NCBI GenBank assembly: GCA_947472735.1
Contig: CANJBY010000006.1
Location: 14,803-78,802, forward strand
Direction: 5' to 3'
Source of the DNA: Sphingomonadaceae bacterium
GTDB lineage: Bacteria > Pseudomonadota > Alphaproteobacteria > Sphingomonadales > Sphingomonadaceae
DNA length: 64,000 bases
The position numbers and the translations under genes are program-made. The notes under the pieces were generated by a model. It saw nothing but the letters and a program-made list of their open reading frames with translations, was not told the origin of the DNA and searched no databases. This document shows positions 14,585 to 22,885 of the stretch, piece by piece. Within the stretch, counting starts at the first letter, position 1. Every line of letters begins with the position of its first letter.

Positions 14585-17308
14585 ATGTCCGCTGCCCTGC
14601 CCCTCCCTGCGATTCATGCCAGCCACGGCGGGTGCTGGTTGCAGGATCGGCATGGCGAAACGCGGGGCGTGTCGAAGGGGGATGCGATCGTCGCCGCAGC
14701 GGATACGCCGCTGATCATGCTCAATGCGCCGCTGGTGGCGACCCGGCTGGGTTATCCAGACCTGTCCGGGCTCGATCTGCTGGAGCTGTTCGCCTTCATC
14801 CACCCTGCGCGCTTCATGGTGCCGACGCCAAAAGGGCTGGCGCATGCACTCAGCTTGACCGAGCCGGAGCGCGATGCGGAAGTACCGGCGCTGCTCCGGC
14901 AGTCGGCTGAAGTTTTGCTCGCCACCTGCGAGAGCGCAGATTGGGCAGAGCGCGAGGGGGCGTGGAGCGCGCTGCAATCGCTGGCCAAGCTGCGCTGGCC
15001 GTGGGCCATGCTGCTCAGCCCCCGAATCGCACGACCGGATCGTGCTGAGCGCTGGCTGTTCGCCCGTCTGCCCGAATGGGAGGAGGCGCCTGAGCGTCCG
15101 CAGCCGGCGCAGGTCATGCTGGAGGGGGAGGAGGTGGTCGATCAACTGGCCACACTTACCGGCAACGGGGCCGAAGCGCGGCCCGCCCAGCGAGATTACG
15201 CTGCAGAAGCAGCGCATGCCTTTGCCCCGCGCAAACGCGAAGGCGTGCCGCACCTGCTGCTGGCGCAGGCTGGCACCGGCATCGGCAAGACGCTGGGTTA
15301 TCTCGCTCCGGCCTCGCTCTGGGCTGCACAGTCTGGCGGAACGGTGTGGGTGTCCACCTTCACCAAGGCACTACAACGACAACTGCGCCGTGAGAGCTTG
15401 CGCGCATGGCCGGACCGACGGCCCGACGGTACCCGGCCGGTGGTCGTTCGCAAAGGCCGTGAGAACTACCTGTGCCTGCTCAATCTAGAGGACGCGCTGC
15501 AAGGCGGGTTCAATGGCCGCGCGGCAATCATGGCGCAGCTGGTGGCGCGCTGGGCGGCCTATTCGCAGGACGGCGATATGATCGGCGGGGATCTTCCCGG
15601 CTGGCTCGGCACTCTATTCCGCAATCGCGGCGCCGCCGCGCTGACTGACCGACGCGGGGAATGCGTTTATGCCGGTTGTCCGCACTACCGAAAGTGTTTC
15701 ATCGAGCGCGCGGCGCGCACCTCTGCGCAGGCTGATCTCGTCATCGCCAACCACGCGCTGGTGATGGTCAACGCCGCGCGCGGCCGGGACGTCGCCCAGC
15801 GTCCGACGCGCATCGTGTTCGACGAAGGCCATCACGTGTTTGAAGCGGCAGATTCGACTTTCGCAGCGGCGCTGACCGGGGCGGAGACAATTGAGCTCAG
15901 ACGCTGGGTGATTGGACCGGAAAAGGGCGCGAAGGGACGCCGGCGGGGCCTGTCAGCACGGCTGGCCGATGTTTCGAGCTATGACGACGCCGGGGCAAAG
16001 GCCATCGCCGCCGCTTGCTACGCCGCCGAGGCGCTGCCCGGCGACGGCTGGCTGCAACGCCTGACCGACAACGCGCCCTCCGGCCCGATCGAAGAACTGC
16101 TCGCCGCAGTGCGCGCGGTGACTTACGCCCGTGATGAAAGCGGCGGCCAGGAAGCCGGCTATGGGCTTGAGACCGAGGCCGCGCAGCTAGACGGCGCAAT
16201 TGTGGAACGCGCACAGGCCGCCCGCGGTGCGCTGGCCGACATTCGCGTGCCGCTGATCCGCCTGGGATTACGCCTCGAAGCATTGCTCGCGGAACCGCCC
16301 GACTGGCTCGATGGCCCGGGCAGAGCCCGGATCGAAGGGGCGAGACTGGCGCTCGGCTGGCGGGTGGACACGCTGGCGGCTTGGGAGGCCCTGCTCGACC
16401 GGCTCGGTGGCCCCGCAGATCCGGAATTTGTCGACTGGCTGGCAGTGGACCGATCGGATGCCCGGGAGTTCGATGTAGGAATCCATCGCCGCTGGCTTGA
16501 TCCGATGAAGCCGTTCGCCCGGGTCGTGCTCGAACCCGCTCATGGCGTCATGCTGACGTCCGCAACGCTCCGTGACAGCGAAGACTGGCAGACCGCTGTA
16601 GCCAGAAGCGGGGCGCCACATCTCGATCTCGCGCCGCGCCTCTCCAGTTTTGATAGCCCCTTCGACTATGCCGCGCAGGCCGAAGTGCTGGTTGTCACCG
16701 ATGTCCCGCGCGGCGACATCCCTGCCCTGGCTGGTGCTTACGGGCGTCTGATCGAAGCCGCTCAAGGCGGAGCGCTCGGCCTGTTCACCGCGATCCGCCG
16801 GCTGCGCGCGGTCCATGGCCGCATTGCCGACCGGCTCGCCCGGGGTGGACTGGCGCTTTACGCGCAGCACGTCGACCCCATCGATACCGGCACGCTGGTA
16901 GACATCTTTCGCGACGATCCCCACGCCTCGCTGCTCGGCACCGATGCGCTGCGTGATGGGGTAGATGTGCCCGGTCACTCGCTGCGGCTGGTGGTGATGG
17001 AACAAGTTCCCTGGCCCAAGCCCTCGATCCTGCATCGCGCCCGGCGGCTGGCCGGGGGTGGTTCGGCCTACGACGATTCGATCATACGCGCCCGTCTGGC
17101 GCAGGCCTTCGGCCGCCTTATCCGCAGCCGCGAGGACCGGGGACACTTCGTGGTGCTCTCGGCCGCCTTCCCCAGCCGGCTGCTTTCGGCATTCCCGGCC
17201 GGCACGCGGATCAGCCGCGTCACGCTCGACGAGGCTTTACAACGCGTCGCAGCCGGTGTTTCTGCACCGGTCATTCCCATCCGTGAAGACTTACCGCCAC
17301 TCCCATGA
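14585..17308 (+). CDS. DinG/XPD-family ATP-dependent DNA helicase with a long N-terminal extension
   Basis: ORF of 907 aa. Walker A AQAGTGIGKT lies at about residue 228, and a DEGHH box is present (VFDEGHHVFEA). A four-Cys cluster (YLCLL ... GECVYAGCPHYRKC) is consistent with an XPD-type Fe-S domain. C-terminal helicase motifs are present. Confidence 0.85.
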   Translation: MSAALPLPAIHASHGGCWLQDRHGETRGVSKGDAIVAAADTPLIMLNAPLVATRLGYPDLSGLDLLELFAFIHPARFMVPTPKGLAHALSLTEPERDAEVPALLRQSAEVLLATCESADWAEREGAWSALQSLAKLRWPWAMLLSPRIARPDRAERWLFARLPEWEEAPERPQPAQVMLEGEEVVDQLATLTGNGAEARPAQRDYAAEAAHAFAPRKREGVPHLLLAQAGTGIGKTLGYLAPASLWAAQSGGTVWVSTFTKALQRQLRRESLRAWPDRRPDGTRPVVVRKGRENYLCLLNLEDALQGGFNGRAAIMAQLVARWAAYSQDGDMIGGDLPGWLGTLFRNRGAAALTDRRGECVYAGCPHYRKCFIERAARTSAQADLVIANHALVMVNAARGRDVAQRPTRIVFDEGHHVFEAADSTFAAALTGAETIELRRWVIGPEKGAKGRRRGLSARLADVSSYDDAGAKAIAAACYAAEALPGDGWLQRLTDNAPSGPIEELLAAVRAVTYARDESGGQEAGYGLETEAAQLDGAIVERAQAARGALADIRVPLIRLGLRLEALLAEPPDWLDGPGRARIEGARLALGWRVDTLAAWEALLDRLGGPADPEFVDWLAVDRSDAREFDVGIHRRWLDPMKPFARVVLEPAHGVMLTSATLRDSEDWQTAVARSGAPHLDLAPRLSSFDSPFDYAAQAEVLVVTDVPRGDIPALAGAYGRLIEAAQGGALGLFTAIRRLRAVHGRIADRLARGGLALYAQHVDPIDTGTLVDIFRDDPHASLLGTDALRDGVDVPGHSLRLVVMEQVPWPKPSILHRARRLAGGGSAYDDSIIRARLAQAFGRLIRSREDRGHFVVLSAAFPSRLLSAFPAGTRISRVTLDEALQRVAAGVSAPVIPIREDLPPLP

Positions 17309-17850
17309 AGACCCTTGGACTGTTCCGCCACGCCAAGTCGGACTGGCACGACGCCCGCGCGCGGGATTTCGATCGCCCGCTCAATGCACGTGGGCGTGAG
17401 GGCGCGCTCGTCATGGGCCGGCACATTCGCGAGCACGGCCAACGCTGGGACCGGATCATCGCCTCGCCTGCGGTCCGCTCGGCCGAAACGATCGAGATCG
17501 CCAGCAAGGACTCCGGCCATTCCTTCGCGATCAACTGGGACCGGCGGGTCTATCTCGCCAGCTCCGCCACCCTGCTCGACCTGCTGCGCGAACAGGACAA
17601 TGCCGTGCAGTCGATATTGCTGGTGGGGCACAATCCGGGGCTGGAGGACTTGATCTTCGACCTCGTCCCCGACGACGGCACCAGCCCGCTGCGCGATATC
17701 GTCGAGCAGAAGTTTCCGACCGCGACTTACGCCGTGCTGGAACTGCCGGTCGAGCACTGGTCCGACATTGCGGAGGGAACCGCCCGTCTGACCCGCCTCA
17801 CCCGGCCGCGAGATCTCGATCCCGCGCTGGGGCCGGAACTGCTGGACTAA
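17305..17850 (+). CDS. histidine phosphatase family protein (SixA-like)
   Basis: ORF of 181 aa beginning MKTLGLFRHAKSDW (RHA/G catalytic motif), with a later VGHNPG motif. Its ATG overlaps the helicase stop (ATGA). Confidence 0.8.
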   Translation: MKTLGLFRHAKSDWHDARARDFDRPLNARGREGALVMGRHIREHGQRWDRIIASPAVRSAETIEIASKDSGHSFAINWDRRVYLASSATLLDLLREQDNAVQSILLVGHNPGLEDLIFDLVPDDGTSPLRDIVEQKFPTATYAVLELPVEHWSDIAEGTARLTRLTRPRDLDPALGPELLD

Positions 17851-19364
17851 AGCCCCGCCGCCTTGAGCAATGCTGCGGTCGAAGGATCGAACGCCACCCC
17901 GCCTTGCTCGATCGACTTGGCAATTTCCTTGCCCAGCTCCACCCCGAACTGGTCGAATGGATTGATCCCCATCAGCACGGCATTGGCGAAAGTGCGATGT
18001 TCGTGGAAGGCGATCAGCGCGCCGAAGCTGGCCGGGGTCACATCATCGAGCAGGATTGTGGCAGAAGGGCGGTCACCAGGATAGGCCCGGGCGCCATCGT
18101 CACTGGGGCGCCCGGCCATCAGCGCCGCGCCTTGCGCAAAGCAGTTCATCAGCAGGATGCGGTGATGCGCCGGATCGAGCATGTCGCCAGCGCGGATCGC
18201 GGCGATGAAGTCCACCGGCACGAGGTTGGTGCCCTGGTGCAATAGCTGGAACACCGCGTGCTGCGCATCGGTCCCCACCCCGCCCCAGGTGATCGGCGCA
18301 GTCGGCCCGGAAACCGGCGCGCCATCGGCGGTGACCGATTTGCCGTTCGATTCCATCTCCAGCTGCTGGAGATAGGACGGCAACAGCGCCAGCCGCTCGT
18401 CATAGGCAAAACAGGCGCGCGTCTGGCAGCCGCGCAAGTGGGCGTAATACTGGTCGGCAAAGGCAGCTCGCAACGCCAGGTTCGCGCGGCCATCGGTATC
18501 GGCAAAGTGCTGGTCGAACGCGGCAGCGCCCTCGAGCATCTCGGAAAAGCCTTCCCACCCGAGCGCCAGCGCCACGGGAAAGCCGATCGACGACCACAGC
18601 GAATACCGCCCGCCCACGCTTTCCTGAAACGGCAGCACGCGGGTTTCGTCGACGCCCCATTCCACCGCCTTGTCCGGGCTGGCGGTGAGCGCGATCACCC
18701 GGCCATACGGATCATCCACCCCGCCCTCACGCAGCCAGGCAAGTGCGCTCATCGCGTTGGTCATGGTTTCGGTGGTGGTGAAAGTCTTGGAGGCGACGGC
18801 GATCAGCGTCGTGGCCGGATCGCAGCAATCCATCGCCACTTCCAGCGCACAGCCGTCGATATTGGAGACGACATGAACATCGACAAGCGCTCCATCCTCA
18901 CGGGTCAGCGCGTCGAGCGCGAGTGCCGGCCCGAGCGCCGACCCGCCGATGCCGATGTGAATCAGATGCTCAACCTCGCCCAGCGCGCCGGAATGGATCG
19001 CATCGACCAGCATGTGCATCCGCGCATGCAAGGCTGCAGCAACTGCCACGCTGTCGGAAGAACCAAAGCCGCGCTGTGCGGTGTGTTCGGCAGCCCGCCC
19101 CTCAGAGACGTTGACGATCTCGCCCGAGAGTAGCGCGTCCCGCTTCCCGCCGAATCCGGCCGCCTCTGCCAGGTCTTCGAATGCCGCAAGATGATCGGCG
19201 TCGAGATGGGTTTTCGACCAGTCGAACAGGATTGCACCGCCAGGGATGGCAAGGTGCGATGAAAGAGTATCTACCCGCGCCGGATCGGCGGCAAACAGCT
19301 CCCTAAGGGTCCGCTTTTCCAACGCTTCCAGCCTGTTCCACACGGCTGCTTCGGCTTCGCTCAT
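17847..19364 (-). CDS. pgi: glucose-6-phosphate isomerase
   Basis: Starts at MSEAEAAVWNRLEAL within ORF 17847..19574. PGI blocks HIGIGGSALGP, SKTFTTTET and GVGTDAQHAVFQLLHQGT are present. Confidence 0.95.
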   Translation of the reverse strand: MSEAEAAVWNRLEALEKRTLRELFAADPARVDTLSSHLAIPGGAILFDWSKTHLDADHLAAFEDLAEAAGFGGKRDALLSGEIVNVSEGRAAEHTAQRGFGSSDSVAVAAALHARMHMLVDAIHSGALGEVEHLIHIGIGGSALGPALALDALTREDGALVDVHVVSNIDGCALEVAMDCCDPATTLIAVASKTFTTTETMTNAMSALAWLREGGVDDPYGRVIALTASPDKAVEWGVDETRVLPFQESVGGRYSLWSSIGFPVALALGWEGFSEMLEGAAAFDQHFADTDGRANLALRAAFADQYYAHLRGCQTRACFAYDERLALLPSYLQQLEMESNGKSVTADGAPVSGPTAPITWGGVGTDAQHAVFQLLHQGTNLVPVDFIAAIRAGDMLDPAHHRILLMNCFAQGAALMAGRPSDDGARAYPGDRPSATILLDDVTPASFGALIAFHEHRTFANAVLMGINPFDQFGVELGKEIAKSIEQGGVAFDPSTAALLKAAGL

Positions 19365-19516
19365 CGCTGCCCCTTTCCAGTTCGGCGTCCACCGCCTATG
19401 CCTTGCCCGCCGCGCGAGGCCAAGCGCGCAGAAGACGTATACACGAAGGGACCAGCGCCCTCGCGTGTCAGGATTGCCATACACCACCCCTCTTGACGGG
19501 CGCACGCCCGGGCAAC

Positions 19517-20368
19517 ATGGACCCGAGAATGACCGAGACAACTCCCGTCGAATCCCCCGCCGAACAGCCAGCACCGGACCAGAAGCCGGCCCGGAAGGAA
19601 GACAGCTTCCCGGTATTCCTGATCAAGCTTGTGCTGATCGTGGTGATCTTCCGCAGCTTCATCTTTTCGCCTTTCAACATCCCGAGCGAATCCATGCTGC
19701 CCCGCCTGCAGAACGGGGACTACTTGCTGGCGGCAAAGTGGCCGTTCGGTTTCTCGAAGTATTCGATGCCCTTCTCGGCTTCCGTAATCCCGGGACGGAT
19801 CCTGCCCGGCCAGCCCGAGCGCGGGAACATCGTTATCTTCAAGGCCCCGCCAACCAATGACATAGATTACATCAAGCGGGTGATCGGCTTGCCGGGTGAC
19901 CAGATCCAGATGATCGGGGGGCAGCTCCAGATCAACGGCAAGGCAGTGCCCAAGGTACGCGTTGCCGACTTCGAGATCGCAGTCTCGGCCAACACGCGCT
20001 GCTACCTGCCGCAGTTCGAAGTGAAGAAGCCGGAAGGCGGTGCGGTCTGTCGTTACCCGCAATATCGCGAAACCCTGCCGAACGGCGTCTCCTATAACGT
20101 GCTGGACCTGTTCCAGACGCCGCAAGACGATACCCCAGTGTTCGTCGTGCCAGAGGGTCACCTGTTCCTGATGGGTGACAATCGCGACAACTCGCTCGAC
20201 AGCCGCTTCCCGGCAGTCGCCAACGAAGGCATAGGCATCGTCCCGCAAGACAACCTTGTGGGCCGCGCGACGGTGATGATGTTCTCGACCGACGGATCGG
20301 CCAACTGGTTCCTGCCCTGGACCTGGTTCACCGCCGCCCGTTGGAACCGCATCGGGGGAACGTTTTGA
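19517..20368 (+). CDS. lepB: signal peptidase I
   Basis: Within ORF 19403..20368. It has a TM anchor (FLIKLVLIVVIF), the catalytic Ser box IPSESMLPRL, the box GDNRDNSLDSR, and a Lys box region YIKRVIGLPGD. The start is ambiguous between ATG 19517 and ATG 19529. Confidence 0.9.
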   Translation: MDPRMTETTPVESPAEQPAPDQKPARKEDSFPVFLIKLVLIVVIFRSFIFSPFNIPSESMLPRLQNGDYLLAAKWPFGFSKYSMPFSASVIPGRILPGQPERGNIVIFKAPPTNDIDYIKRVIGLPGDQIQMIGGQLQINGKAVPKVRVADFEIAVSANTRCYLPQFEVKKPEGGAVCRYPQYRETLPNGVSYNVLDLFQTPQDDTPVFVVPEGHLFLMGDNRDNSLDSRFPAVANEGIGIVPQDNLVGRATVMMFSTDGSANWFLPWTWFTAARWNRIGGTF

Positions 20369-21045
20369 GCGCCGACCCACTGGCCGCCCATACCCATGCC
20401 TTCCTCACCGCTCTTGCTGGTGAGGAACTGGCGAACGAGGAACTCTGGCTCGAAGCCCTGACACACGGCTCCACCGGGCAAGAGCGCGACTATCAGCGGC
20501 TTGAATTCCTCGGCGACCGGGTGCTCGGGCTCATCATCGCAGAATGGCTGCACGAGCAGGAGTCTGCCAGTGAAGGCAAGCTTTCACAGCGGCTCAACGC
20601 GCTGGTCAGCGGCAGCATGTGCGCGCAGGTGGCTCGCCAGATCGACCTCGGTCCGCACATCCGCCTCGGCAAGCAAGCCCGTGACGACGGCGGACAGGAC
20701 AGCGACAATATCCTCGGTGACGTGATCGAGGCGCTGATCGGCGCCAGTTTCCTCACCCGTGATTTCGAGGCGACCCGCGCCATGGTCCGCCGCTTGTGGG
20801 CCGATGCTTTCTCGGGCAAGGCCGGGCAGAAGAAACATCCCAAGTCCGCGCTGCAGGAATGGGCGGCGGGCAACAACCGGAAAATGCCGCATTACGAACT
20901 GGTCGAACGCAGCGGCCCGGATCATTCGGCCCGGTTTACCGTTGAGGTCTCGATCAAGGGTATCGGCGAGGCCCGCGCGACTGGTGCAAGCAAGCAGGAG
21001 GCCGAGACTTTGGCGGCACAGGAATTCATGAAGAGGTTCGGATGA
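20341..21045 (+). CDS. rnc: ribonuclease III
   Basis: ORF of 234 aa with the RNase III signature QRLEFLGDRVLG and a C-terminal dsRBD (GPDHSARFTVEV...GASKQEAE). The start is uncertain: TTG 20341, or TTG 20365 overlapping the lepB stop. Confidence 0.9.
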   Translation: MEPHRGNVLSADPLAAHTHAFLTALAGEELANEELWLEALTHGSTGQERDYQRLEFLGDRVLGLIIAEWLHEQESASEGKLSQRLNALVSGSMCAQVARQIDLGPHIRLGKQARDDGGQDSDNILGDVIEALIGASFLTRDFEATRAMVRRLWADAFSGKAGQKKHPKSALQEWAAGNNRKMPHYELVERSGPDHSARFTVEVSIKGIGEARATGASKQEAETLAAQEFMKRFG

Positions 21046-21935
21046 GCGCGCACTGTGGTCTGGTCGCCGTGATCGGCGCGCCCAATGCCGGCAAGTCGAC
21101 ACTAGTCAACGCCCTCGTCGGCCAGAAGGTGGCGATCGTTTCGGCGAAGGCGCAGACCACCCGCGCCCGGCTGATGGGTATTGCGCTGGAGGGGGAGGCA
21201 CAGATCATCCTCGCAGACACGCCGGGTATATTCGAACCCAAGCGCCGGCTCGACCGGGCCATGGTCTCGGCTGCCTGGGATGGCGCGCAGGAGGCCGACG
21301 CGATCCTGCTCGTGGTTGATGGCCGCAAGAAGAAGCGCGAATATCTGGAATCCATCCTCGCCAGCCTGAAGAACCGCCCAGAGCGCAAGATCCTGGTGCT
21401 CAACAAGGTCGATGAAACGCCCAAGGAGCCGCTGCTGATTGCCGCGCAGGAACTGGCCGGCGATGGGCAATTCGACGAGGTATTTTTCGTCTCGGCGCTG
21501 ACCGGGGATGGCGTTGCGGAACTCAAGACCCGGCTCGCGGTATTGATGCCGGAAAGCCCGTGGCATTACCCCGAGGACCAGGTCTCCGACGCTTCCGAGC
21601 GCCTGCTCGCTTGCGAGATTACCCGCGAGCAGCTCTACCGCCAGCTTCACGACGAGCTGCCCTATGACAGCACCGTCCGTCCGGAAAGCTACCAGACCCG
21701 CAAGGACGGATCGGTCGAGATTCACCAACAGATCGTGATCGCCCGCGAGAGCCAGAAGGGCATCGTGCTGGGCAAGGGCGGATCAAAGCTGAAGGCGATT
21801 GGCGAGGCGGCGCGCAAGGAACTGGCCAACCTGCTCGGGTTGAAGGTCCACTTGTTCCTGCACGTCAAGGTCGACGAACGCTGGGGCGACGACAAGGAAA
21901 TCTATGAGGAAATCGGGCTGGAGTGGGTGCGCTAA
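21042..21935 (+). CDS. era: GTPase Era
   Basis: ORF of 297 aa with G1 GAPNAGKST, G3 DTPG, G4 NKVD and a C-terminal KH domain. Its ATG overlaps the rnc stop (ATGA). Confidence 0.95.
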   Translation: MSAHCGLVAVIGAPNAGKSTLVNALVGQKVAIVSAKAQTTRARLMGIALEGEAQIILADTPGIFEPKRRLDRAMVSAAWDGAQEADAILLVVDGRKKKREYLESILASLKNRPERKILVLNKVDETPKEPLLIAAQELAGDGQFDEVFFVSALTGDGVAELKTRLAVLMPESPWHYPEDQVSDASERLLACEITREQLYRQLHDELPYDSTVRPESYQTRKDGSVEIHQQIVIARESQKGIVLGKGGSKLKAIGEAARKELANLLGLKVHLFLHVKVDERWGDDKEIYEEIGLEWVR

Positions 21936-22111
21936 CGCAGCTTCGCGATCCCGATCCCGTCTTCCTTCGCCCGGTCCTTGGTCGATTCTTCGCTGCGGTT
22001 GAGCGCCTTGGCGATCTCCTTCAGCCCCTTGCCCTTGGCGGCAAGGGTGCGCAGCTTGGCCAGTTCATCGGCTTTCCACGGCTGGCGGTGGCGGGTGAAG
22101 TTTTCGGCCAT
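21932..22111 (-). CDS. small hypothetical protein (59 aa), possibly Myb/SANT-like helix-turn-helix
   Basis: Not in the ORF track (below 60 aa). Hand translation gives MAENFTRHRQPWKADELAKLRTLAAKGKGLKEIAKALNRSEESTKDRAKEDGIGIAKLR. An AAGGAG lies 5 nt upstream of the ATG (complement of 22109..22111). Third codon positions are almost all G/C, as in neighbouring genes. Confidence 0.5.
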   Translation of the reverse strand: MAENFTRHRQPWKADELAKLRTLAAKGKGLKEIAKALNRSEESTKDRAKEDGIGIAKLR

Positions 22112-22131
22112 GGATGCTCCTTACGAGTAAT

Positions 22132-22848
22132 CTAGACTACCGCCGGCACGTTCTTGCGAAACACGAACAGCCACACGTCGCGGCCGTTATTGTCCTTCTT
22201 GCCAGTCATGATCTCTACGGACATCTGGTGGCCGAACCAGTCAGCGACCACATAGGGCAGCACTTGCGGGCGTACGCCGAAGGGGTCCATCGAAGAGGCC
22301 GAGCCGGGGCCGTGATCGGCGGTGTGCTCGATGATCACCAGCCCGTCCGGCGTGGTCTGGTTGAACCATTCGGTCAGCGCCTTGCGTGGCTGCCAACCCT
22401 GATCGAGCGAGTTGGAATAGACGAAATCGAACCGTCCGACCCATTCGGAATTGTGGTCATGGAAATCCCACACGACGGAATCCGCGAACTGCGTCGCCGT
22501 TTCGGAAATGTCGGTGCCGAGCACCTTGAAGCCGTGATGCTTGGCATTGAAATGCGCCTGTTCCCAACCGTTGCGCGAGCCGTGGCACAAGCCCAGCACT
22601 TCGCCCTCCGGTTTGACCAGGCGCACCCGCGCCGCGACCCGGTCAAGCGTCGTGGCGTCGGCCCAGACGTTGGCGAGCTTGCGAACGTTGTGATGGACCT
22701 GCGTGTCCCGGTACTGCTCGTAGGAATCGTACTGGTGAAGGTAGATGTCGTTGCGCCCGTCGTCCGGTGTGATCCGGTAGCCGATCTTCGAGATCACGTT
22801 GTTGATCGTGCGGACCACGATTTCGGACGTGCTGGTCTTGCGGGTCAT
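22132..22848 (-). CDS. class I SAM-dependent methyltransferase-like protein
   Basis: ORF 22132..22866; I chose ATG at 22848, preceded by AAGGAA. It has a motif I-like GLCHGSRNGWE, an acidic motif II LGTDIS, and FDFVYSNSLDQ. The substrate is unknown. Confidence 0.55.
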   Translation of the reverse strand: MTRKTSTSEIVVRTINNVISKIGYRITPDDGRNDIYLHQYDSYEQYRDTQVHHNVRKLANVWADATTLDRVAARVRLVKPEGEVLGLCHGSRNGWEQAHFNAKHHGFKVLGTDISETATQFADSVVWDFHDHNSEWVGRFDFVYSNSLDQGWQPRKALTEWFNQTTPDGLVIIEHTADHGPGSASSMDPFGVRPQVLPYVVADWFGHQMSVEIMTGKKDNNGRDVWLFVFRKNVPAVV

Positions 22849-22885
22849 TGCCATTCCTTGTGACAAGCGCGAGGGGTTTTAAGGG

